A DNA stretch of 35,826 bases. Origin: Syntrophobacterales bacterium. Its GTDB lineage: Bacteria; Desulfobacterota; Syntrophobacteria; BM002. The stretch is taken from NCBI GenBank assembly GCA_050123975.1, contig JASFGC010000003.1, positions 1-35,826 on the forward strand. Reading direction: 5' to 3'. This document shows positions 26,124 through 33,313 of this stretch, piece by piece. The notes under the pieces were generated by a model. The model did not search any database. It had not been told where the DNA came from and was given only the letters and a program-made list of their open reading frames with translations. The first letter of the stretch is position 1, and each line of letters begins with the position of its first letter. The position numbers and the translations under genes are program-made.

Positions 26124-27010
26124 TAACGTTTTTCGCCGCGTGCCGCGAGGTAGATGGCGGCGAGAATGAGTGTGCCGCCTACAAACTTCGTCCAGGTTAG
26201 GGTTTCTTTAAATATGATGTATGCCAGTATGGTAGCGCCAATGGGTTCACCCAGGAGACTTACGGCGATGAGGCTGGCACTGAACCATTTGAGCGCCCAA
26301 TTGTAGCTGCTGTGGCCGATGATTTGTGAGATCACGGCCATGCCGACAAATGCCCAGTAGGTCCCCGGGCTGAAACCTAGAACCGGGAGACGCAGGGAAA
26401 AAACCAATGACCACAGTATTATTGCCGCACTGCCGTAACAGAGGACTATATATGCGAGTAAGGAGAGCTTCTGCCTGAGATTACGGCCCAATAAAAGATA
26501 CATTGCAGCACAGACGCTACCGAGCAAGGCCAAAAAATCGCCCCACAATGCCTGTCCCCCGGTGGCAAAGTCCCCCAAACCAATAATGACGCCGCCTATG
26601 ACGCTGACCACGATTCCCACCTTGGTCATCCAGCTCAAACGATCTTTGCTTATGAGAGGCGTTAACACGCCAACCCAGATCGGATTGGTGTTTACCAGCA
26701 CCACGCTGTTGGCCACGGAGGTATAGTTTAGAGATGAGATCCATGTGCCGAAGTGTAAAGCGAGGAAAAGGCCAGCCAACCCGGCCAGGAGATACTCCTT
26801 TTTCTCTAGACCAAGGAGTTCATCTCGAACCTGCCACCACGCAATGGGAGCCAATATCAGTGAAGCCAGACCAACCCGGTATGCTGCGATTACAAGAGCT
26901 GGTGCCTCGGCCAGACGCGCAAAAATGGCCCCGGTGGAAACCGCCAAAACGCCACTAATCAGCGCCAGCGAAGGATTGAAAGGGGGGTTGTTTTTCTCGT
27001 TCACATCCAT
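26123..27010 (-). CDS. DMT/EamA family transporter
   Basis: About 10 TM helices; LA.HF..W..SL.YTSVA, GD.LAL and GH...NWAL...L.EP motifs. Confidence 0.93.
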   Translation of the reverse strand: MDVNEKNNPPFNPSLALISGVLAVSTGAIFARLAEAPALVIAAYRVGLASLILAPIAWWQVRDELLGLEKKEYLLAGLAGLFLALHFGTWISSLNYTSVANSVVLVNTNPIWVGVLTPLISKDRLSWMTKVGIVVSVIGGVIIGLGDFATGGQALWGDFLALLGSVCAAMYLLLGRNLRQKLSLLAYIVLCYGSAAIILWSLVFSLRLPVLGFSPGTYWAFVGMAVISQIIGHSSYNWALKWFSASLIAVSLLGEPIGATILAYIIFKETLTWTKFVGGTLILAAIYLAARGEKR

Positions 27011-27150
27011 TGGTCCTGGTAGAAATTCAGATAGGTTGTCGCCGGAACATGATTACTAAGTTTGATCTTACAGGTAGGTCTCGACTGCGAAAACTGAATA
27101 AATTCCAAGGTTACGATATAAAATTACCACTCTTAATGGTCATCTTCCTT

Positions 27151-27211
27151 CCCACATCCCACATCTCACATCCGAAATTCCTCAATTCCAGAATTCCTAA
27201 ATCCCTCAATT
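27151..27211 (+). repeat. TCCCACA heptamers followed by AATTCCTC octamers
   Basis: cccacatcccacatctcacatccgaaattcctcaattccagaattcctaaatccctcaatt. Confidence 0.75.
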
Positions 27212-27212
27212 A

Positions 27213-28151
27213 TCACGGAATGTAGCGCAAATGTGTGACAAAGTCGATGCTGAGAGCAAAGACAGAGGCCACAAAAGGAGTGATAAACCAGGCAAGGAAA
27301 ATATGAACAAGGGTCCGTCGCTGGATGGTATTGACACCTTTAATGATTCCCACACCCAGTACAGCCCCAATCACCGCCTGCGAGGTTGAGACCGGAACCC
27401 CCACCAGAGCATAGATATGAACGGTAATAGCCTGAGCCAGCACCACCGCCAGGGCGGAGAAAGGGTCCAGTCTCACCACTTTCTGCCCCACGGTCTCCAT
27501 TACCTTTTTGCTGAAGGTGAGAATGCCCAAGCCAATACTCAACCCCCCAACCAGGGCAGCCGCAGGAACGCTCAACATTCCAGCGCCCACGAAAACTGCA
27601 GTCACATTAGCCACGTTATTGGCGCCAAGGGCATAGGCCCCATAGGATCCAGCAATAATGAGACACAGTCGCAGGAGAATGTCAGATTGAAAGATGTTCA
27701 GATTCATGCTGTTGGCTATTACAGCCAAAAGTTTGTAGACAATAATGGCTAAGACTATGCCTCCCACCGGGGTTCCTAGCCAACAAAGCACCACCTTTCC
27801 GAGACCCGCGAAATTGAGCTGACGGTTGAGAATTCCGATTCCCAAAATGGCCCCCACTACTGCCTGGGAAGTTGAGACAGGCAACCCTAAAAGCGTCATG
27901 AGTGTTACCGTACAGGCTGCCGCTATGGAGGCTACTATTGCCTGATTATAGGTGAAGTGGGTAAGGCCTTTCAGGGTTTCTATCCCTGATTGTCCCCCCA
28001 GGAGAGCACCGGCGAGGACAAAGCAAGAGGCTAAGATTGCAGCCGTCCAGAATTTAATCATTCTGGAAGTTACAGCCGTACCAAAAACATTGGCTGCATC
28101 ATTGGCTCCCAGAGACCAGCCTAGAAATACTCCACCAAGAAGAGAAGTCAT
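27213..28151 (-). CDS. Inorganic phosphate transporter, PiT family
   Basis: GANDAAN and GANNVAN signatures; two PVSTSQ motifs. Confidence 0.93.
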   Translation of the reverse strand: MTSLLGGVFLGWSLGANDAANVFGTAVTSRMIKFWTAAILASCFVLAGALLGGQSGIETLKGLTHFTYNQAIVASIAAACTVTLMTLLGLPVSTSQAVVGAILGIGILNRQLNFAGLGKVVLCWLGTPVGGIVLAIIVYKLLAVIANSMNLNIFQSDILLRLCLIIAGSYGAYALGANNVANVTAVFVGAGMLSVPAAALVGGLSIGLGILTFSKKVMETVGQKVVRLDPFSALAVVLAQAITVHIYALVGVPVSTSQAVIGAVLGVGIIKGVNTIQRRTLVHIFLAWFITPFVASVFALSIDFVTHLRYIP

Positions 28152-28801
28152 TACACCCGACGCTTAATATTGATTATGTAGACACTTCTGGATACACGAT
28201 CAGCCTGATCCGAAATCTCGCCAATCTTGCCTACGAGTTCCTTGAACTGCATTTTTTGAAAAGGATCCATATCGGAGTCAAAAATTTTGCTGACTATTTC
28301 TCGCTCTAGGTGGTCACACCTACTTTCGTGGCTGTCAATGGTAGATACCAGGGGTTTGATATCCTCAGTCTTTCTAAAGTAGGCCTCAACCTGCCTGTTC
28401 ACCAGATCGCAGCATTCCAGAGAAACTCGCAGGAACTCTCTCAGATCCGGCACGATAAAATCAGGGATCTCTATCTTCTGATTTTGGATCATGAAGAGAA
28501 CCACTTCAAAATGATTCAGAATAAGGTCAAGTGACTCGAGAAGTCTGAATATGTCACCACGAGATTCGGGAATCAGAACTTTGGAATACATCATCTCTAT
28601 GATGTCGTTGCGCAGGTCATCAGCCCGGGATTCAAACTTGTGAGTTTGGGCAATGAGAAAATCACAGTTCTCACCCAAGCCGAATTCAAAATAGCAGTCC
28701 ATGGCTTTCTCAAAATGTTCCTGAGTCTTTTTCAGATTATCCAGGTACTTGAAAATCAACTCTTGAACTTGCCGCTCTTTCTTGAAAAGAAATTTAAACA
28801 T
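28151..28801 (-). CDS. DUF47 (PhoU-like) PiT accessory protein
   Basis: E..AD......P..R.D....D, E..CD and I.D.A motifs; stop overlaps the PiT start (TAATG coupling). Confidence 0.92.
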   Translation of the reverse strand: MFKFLFKKERQVQELIFKYLDNLKKTQEHFEKAMDCYFEFGLGENCDFLIAQTHKFESRADDLRNDIIEMMYSKVLIPESRGDIFRLLESLDLILNHFEVVLFMIQNQKIEIPDFIVPDLREFLRVSLECCDLVNRQVEAYFRKTEDIKPLVSTIDSHESRCDHLEREIVSKIFDSDMDPFQKMQFKELVGKIGEISDQADRVSRSVYIINIKRRV

Positions 28802-28999
28802 GACAAACCCTTGTAAATGGATAGAGTGGCCTGCGGATTTCGCCAGGTGGTCTGCGCGCCTACCGTGGCTGAAAAAATGATCTACAGTACCCTAAACGCT
28901 CTGCCATACTTGGAAATCAGCAAGCTTTGTGCCATTCTGATGTATATCTCGAAATTATAGGGTAAAGTGGTTGTCCCTATGCTGTCAATGGACCAGATA

Positions 29000-29189
29000 T
29001 ACCCTAATGTTGCATGCCTATGTCGAGGAAAAACGCGCAAGAGTACGTCAGATGTACCTGCGCGCAGGCTTGGACAGGTTGAGGCGTACATAACCGTACG
29101 TGAAGACCTGTTCCGAGCACGGCCGCAGATGGTGTGCTATCGCGCGAGCACAGCGATTTTTAACGATGTAGGCATACAACATTAGGGTA
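29000..29189 (+). mobile_element. 190-bp MITE/REPIN-like element, copy A
   Basis: TIRs taccctaatgttgcatgcctatgtcg / cgatgtaggcatacaacattagggta; core gaggcgtac-N6-gtacg at 29081-29100; close copy at 30828. Confidence 0.85.
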
Positions 29190-29231
29190 CATAACAGGCT
29201 TTGAGCTACACCCATAGGGGTGGAACACTGT

Positions 29232-29492
29232 AAAATATCAAACTACAAGCACCAAATTACAAACAAATCTCAAATTCCAATACTCAATGACCCAAAAAAG
29301 GTTTGGGATTTGGAAATTGGGGACCCGCCCGCAGGGTGGGGAGTCCAAGCGTAGCGCGAACAATTTTGGTCATTGTGATTTGCCCTTCGACTTGGCTCAG
29401 GGTGGTGAGTCCTTCGACTTTGCTCAGGACCGTGAGCCTGTCGAACGGCTTGTCGAACCATTTGATATTTGGGATTTGTGATTTGGAATTTC
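29232..29492. repeat. Inverted pair of heptamer arrays (CAAAT.. / ..ATTTG) with inserted hairpins
   Basis: Inserts at 29319-29363 and 29384-29460; the latter contains a nested copy of its own family at 29410-29448. Confidence 0.8.
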
Positions 29493-29614
29493 TCTTGCTC
29501 TCGTTGCATTCAGCCAACACATGTGTAGATTCCCCTACAGCTTTTTCAACTAATCCCCAGACAGAATACCTGCTAACTGCAAGAAATAATAGATAATCAC
29601 CAAAGTGCTTTAAT

Positions 29615-29630
29615 TGGTATGTTTCTTGTT
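29615..29630 (+). promoter_or_regulatory. Possible sigma54 promoter (variant)
   Basis: TGGTATGTTTCTTGTT = GG-N10-GT with TTG; no CDS before the next terminator. Confidence 0.4.
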
Positions 29631-29640
29631 TAGTAATTTG

Positions 29641-29728
29641 CTTCAGTAGCTCTGTGGGCAGGACATCCTAGGCCTCCTGTGCACTCCCCCAGCGGCATTT
29701 AATGATAGTCGCTGGGGGTTTTCTTTTG
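29641..29728 (+). ncRNA. Candidate small regulatory RNA
   Basis: Lies between a sigma54-like box and a strong terminator; has a 5' hairpin at 29654-29684 and CCTCCT at 29673-29678. Confidence 0.35.
29686..29728 (+). terminator. Intrinsic terminator
   Basis: cccccagcggc-loop-gtcgctggggg followed by ttttctttt. Confidence 0.75.
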
Positions 29729-29999
29729 TTGATCCCCACAATCTGTTGAGCTCCTCGTAAAAAAATAGTATTTATTCTCTTGACAAGTCCGTTTTTGTTT
29801 ATGGTAAAGTCTAGGGGCTGCGTTTTTTTGAGTTTGCACTCTTGATCCAACAAAATGGTCCTGCTTTGCTCCTTTCTGTTTTGCCCATCTGCGGAGTGAT
29901 AAATCCTCTATATCATTATCTATTGGCGTGATGTTCGTTGCTGACTGAAGCATCAAACGAATTATTCGGCCTCAATCTTTACTACGATTAGGAGGAATC

Positions 30000-30287
30000 A
30001 TGGAGTCGACAATGGAAATGCGCAGCACCAAAATGCTGATGGAGTTGGAGGCCCTGGCAGAAAAGCTCGGTATTCAAGTCATTTACGAAAGGCTACCTCG
30101 AAGCCGCAGTGGCCTGTGTCGCCTGTATGATACGTACATGCTCTTTGTTGAGAGGAATCTTGATGAGGATGAGCAGGTGAGGATTTTTGTTGAAGCTCTC
30201 TCTCGTTTTCATATCGACAACATCCAGACGCTGCCGAGGATCAGACACATTCTCCAGGAGTATAATGCGGCCATTCAGCCTCAGTAG
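30000..30287 (+). CDS. Hypothetical protein
   Basis: AGGAGGA RBS; LE.LAEKLGI.V.YE.....GLCRL resembles the N-part of ImmA/IrrE-like proteins, but there is no HExxH. Confidence 0.8.
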   Translation: MESTMEMRSTKMLMELEALAEKLGIQVIYERLPRSRSGLCRLYDTYMLFVERNLDEDEQVRIFVEALSRFHIDNIQTLPRIRHILQEYNAAIQPQ

Positions 30288-30305
30288 CCAGAAGGGAGGC
30301 AAGAG

Positions 30306-30830
30306 GTGAACGGCAAGCGCTGTGTGTTCATTTTCATGACTGCCTTAGTAGCTCTCTCCTGCGCAATACTGTTTAGCGTTGAGGCTGAGGCAGATGGCTT
30401 TAGAAAAAAACTGATAAAATTCGATGGTAAGGTCACCAAGGGCAAGCTGGACAGTGGCGGCAATCTGATCTTCATTGGCAGAGGAACCTGGAATGCACCG
30501 CTCAAGATCAGATTCAGTCCATTCGTTAGAGTGTATTTCGAGTTGGCGCCATTCATTGAAACTGAATCTCAAGGCATATTGGGTGAATATACTATTACCT
30601 TTACCTTTGTCCCAAAGGCCCGTGGCGCTTCCCATCAGAATTTAAGATTTGGAATCACTAATCGCGCTGGCGACGAAATAGAGAGCAATGGTGTGGCCGC
30701 CCCAAACGGTTCAGGCTGGGCGATCGGACTTGCAACTGAGCAAGAACCTTTTGAGATACACGTTTCCTACTCGTCAGAAAAAAGCAGAGACCTGACTCCG
30801 GTAGACTCCGAGCAAAGTAATCCTTCATAA
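30306..30830 (+). CDS. Hypothetical exported protein
   Basis: Signal-peptide-like N-terminus ending AEA; GGGAGG RBS. Confidence 0.7.
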   Translation: MNGKRCVFIFMTALVALSCAILFSVEAEADGFRKKLIKFDGKVTKGKLDSGGNLIFIGRGTWNAPLKIRFSPFVRVYFELAPFIETESQGILGEYTITFTFVPKARGASHQNLRFGITNRAGDEIESNGVAAPNGSGWAIGLATEQEPFEIHVSYSSEKSRDLTPVDSEQSNPS

Positions 30831-31019
30831 CCCTCATGTTACATACCAATGTCGAGGAAAAACGCGCTAGAGTGCTTCAGATGTGGCTGAGCACAGACTC
30901 GGACAGGTCGAGGCGTACATAACCGTACGTGAAGACCTGTTCCGAGCATGGCCGCAGATGGTGTGCTATCGCGCGAGCGTAGCGGTTTTTACCGGTGTTG
31001 GTATGCGACATTAGGGTTA
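30828..31019 (+). mobile_element. 190-bp MITE/REPIN-like element, copy B
   Basis: Same orientation and length as 29000-29189; begins at the TAA of the upstream gene. Confidence 0.85.
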
Positions 31020-31250
31020 CATTATCCCATCAGTAGTATTTCCATAAAACCATCTGTCGGTGAGAAAACAAAATCGCATTCCATAGCAGCACCACTCGAA
31101 TGAGGCCGACAGCTGGGCGCCTTTACTCTTTTACGCCTCTAACCTAGAAGGTTAGGCTGGTATGGTATGCATTTCCCGTTTATAATTTTCTAGAAGTGCT
31201 CATTGCCCGGATATTTCATGGATCACTTATTCCTTGCAGGAGAAGAACAG

Positions 31251-31547
31251 ATGATGAAGAAACGGTATGGATTGATAATTGCGGTGACGCTCGCATTCCT
31301 GTTGACGACGGTAGGATCTACCGTGGCCGTAGAGTCCGGCCGTTACCAGGCTATGCAAATAAGTGTAGGGAAAAAGAGCGAATACAACATATTTATCCTT
31401 GATACCAAAGAGGGCCACATGTGGCTGTTGGAGACCAGAGAAAGCAGAATCGACGGCAAGCTTTTCGGCGGCCTGAAGTATCAAGGAAAGCTGCGTCCCG
31501 GCAAGAAAGCTGGAGATGTAATCTTCCAGTTTGGAAAAACAGAATAA
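31251..31547 (+). CDS. Small exported hypothetical protein
   Basis: AGGAGA RBS, signal peptide and GRYQA...IFILDT.EG..W. Confidence 0.75.
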   Translation: MMKKRYGLIIAVTLAFLLTTVGSTVAVESGRYQAMQISVGKKSEYNIFILDTKEGHMWLLETRESRIDGKLFGGLKYQGKLRPGKKAGDVIFQFGKTE

Positions 31548-31549
31548 AG

Positions 31550-31765
31550 AATCCGGACGCAAAGGACCCGCCTTCGCCATGGCTACGGCGCGGCAGGCCC
31601 GGCTTTGAGCTACCCCCTGAGGGGGCTTCCATACTCTTTCCCCCTTGCGGCAGTCTGCTGGAGTGATGGAGTAGTGGAATAATGGAGTAATGATAGCACC
31701 AATTCAAGCTAAATTCGGGCTTTCGTTTTACCAACACTCCAATACTCCAATACTCCAGTACTCCA
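31550..31765. repeat. Composite repeat with a short REP-like hairpin (31567-31597) and an inverted pair of octamer arrays (TGGAGTAN / AATACTCC)
   Basis: tggagtgatggagtagtggaataatggagtaatg ... caacactccaatactccaatactccagtactcca. Confidence 0.75.
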
Positions 31766-31848
31766 AAAAAGCTCGCACCTGTACCGGTAAAGCCATTGAA
31801 CTCTGACCCCCGCAAGGCGAAATCGTGGACTAATGGAAGGACGGCTTC

Positions 31849-32745
31849 TTGAAGACCATATTTAAAAAATCCTGTCTTCTGATTCTGACCGGATTGGGTA
31901 TTGGAACATTACTACTGAGTCTCAAGCCTTGGCTTTTCTCCGCCAGTGAACCGGTTATCGAGATCTCGGTAAAGGTAACTGAAATTCAGCAGACAAAAAG
32001 CGGGTTGTGGTTCATTCCCAGAGACGGACTGATTGAAAAAGTTGACCAGTCGGAGTCTTTTGTATTCCGCCTCAAACATCTCCGCACAGAACGGCTGCCT
32101 GTAGAGATAAAGGACTATACCGATCATAGCATTCTGGTTCGGAGTGATGATCTCAAGGCGGGAGATTTGCTGGTAATTGAACCCGGACAAATCCGGGCAG
32201 GCCAAGCGGTAACCCCCACAGCAGGGGTAGCCAATGAGCGACTAGTCTACTTGACTTTGTTGGCGGGGATCGAAGCTGCAATGGCAGAGGATTTGGATGA
32301 AAGTGTTCGCTTTATCTCACCCAGCTATCACGATAATGTGGGATTCAATTTCATCCTTATGAGAAAATTGCTGGAGCGAGCGTACGAGGAGTTTGACCAA
32401 CCCCAGATCGAGCTTGCTGAGCCTCCAGTTATCCAGATTAAAGGAGGCAAGGCTGTGGCCATGGCACAGGTAAGGTTGACCACCACCTACCAGGGCCGCC
32501 GCAATTATCTGCTTGGTGACCAGGACAAATTCAACACTATCTTCATAATGCTGGACAGATCCACCAGTTCCTGGAAGGTTTCCCAGATTGAAGGACTGCG
32601 CCCTCTGGGCTTTGAGGAGGGGCTTTTAAAACACTTGGGTGCCGATCTTGGCCTACCCCTTACTCCTGCCGAACGCGAACAAGAGAACAGGTTCTGCATG
32701 CCGTGTCGCCAAAGGATGAAGGAGCGCTTCGGAACTGGATCCTGA
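31849..32745 (+). CDS. Membrane-anchored hypothetical protein (RND-adaptor C-terminal-like region, NTF2-like region, CxxC)
   Basis: N-terminal TM; FVFRL...V.I......LV..DDLKAGDLLV; D.....FIS.SY.D...W.V..IE; FCMPCR. Confidence 0.7.
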   Translation: MKTIFKKSCLLILTGLGIGTLLLSLKPWLFSASEPVIEISVKVTEIQQTKSGLWFIPRDGLIEKVDQSESFVFRLKHLRTERLPVEIKDYTDHSILVRSDDLKAGDLLVIEPGQIRAGQAVTPTAGVANERLVYLTLLAGIEAAMAEDLDESVRFISPSYHDNVGFNFILMRKLLERAYEEFDQPQIELAEPPVIQIKGGKAVAMAQVRLTTTYQGRRNYLLGDQDKFNTIFIMLDRSTSSWKVSQIEGLRPLGFEEGLLKHLGADLGLPLTPAEREQENRFCMPCRQRMKERFGTGS

Positions 32746-32816
32746 AACGCCCCATTCCCCCCACCGCAACCATACTACTCATCACTCAATGGCGGGGGTT
32801 GACATCTACTGTACTT

Positions 32817-32858
32817 CAAAAAAAGAAGAGGTTGACAATCCCTGTCAACCCCTTTGTT
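32817..32858 (-). terminator. Intrinsic terminator after the tRNA (possibly bidirectional)
   Basis: Minus strand ggggttgaca-gggat-tgtcaacctc followed by ttcttttttt. Confidence 0.75.
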
Positions 32859-32863
32859 CATCA

Positions 32864-32939
32864 TGGTGGGCGGGGGGAGATTCGAACTCCCGACTTCCGC
32901 CGTGTGAGGACGGCACTCTCACCACTGAGTTACCCGCCC
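32864..32939 (-). tRNA. tRNA-Val (anticodon CAC)
   Basis: 76 nt: GGGCGGG acceptor stem, anticodon arm CCGTC-CTCACAC-GGCGG, T-loop GTTCGAATC and encoded CCA. Confidence 0.96.
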
Positions 32940-33129
32940 ACGACAGTCCGGGTAAGTGGAAAATCTATACATCAACCGATCAAAACGCGCAAGTCAAATC
33001 TCCGAACCAATTTCTAAAGTGAACAACAGGCTTAAAGTGTCTATAGGAGCTAAATTTAGGAATTGGGGAATTGAGGAGTTTTGAAAATGGCTGGGAATGA
33101 GAATGAGCTTGAGTAAATTCACAATCATG

Positions 33130-33312
33130 AATCCCAAATCCCAAGTATCAAATCACAGGGTTTCAGGTGTCAGGTGTCAGGAGGCGTAAGGCGCAAGGCT
33201 CAGGGCACAAGGCAAAATCCACAATCTCACATCCCACATCCCAAATCCCACATCTGCAAATCCGCAATCCGCAATCCGCAATCCGCAATTTGAAATCCGC
33301 AATCCGCAATCC
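33130..33312 (+). repeat. Ordered heptamer composite element, copy 4 (longest)
   Basis: aatccca.., tcaggtg, the invariant 30-mer, tcccaca and atccgca x6; ends next to the TPR gene stop. Confidence 0.9.
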
Positions 33313-33313
33313 C

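Noticed and set aside
28882-29596. Cluster of short ORFs on both strands; also 4618-4851, 10747-11149, 16486-16872 and 31393-31815
   Set aside because: They lie in palindromic or repeat elements, lack an RBS and show no protein motifs.
29780-29810. Sigma70 promoter TTGACA...TAAAGT
   Set aside because: The 19-nt spacer is atypical; too uncertain to call.
30000-30287. ImmA/IrrE metallopeptidase
   Set aside because: No HExxH motif and no adjacent XRE regulator.
29000-32939. Genomic island or prophage integrated at tRNA-Val
   Set aside because: Hypothetical genes lie 3' of the tRNA, but I saw no integrase, no duplicated tRNA 3' end and no phage genes.
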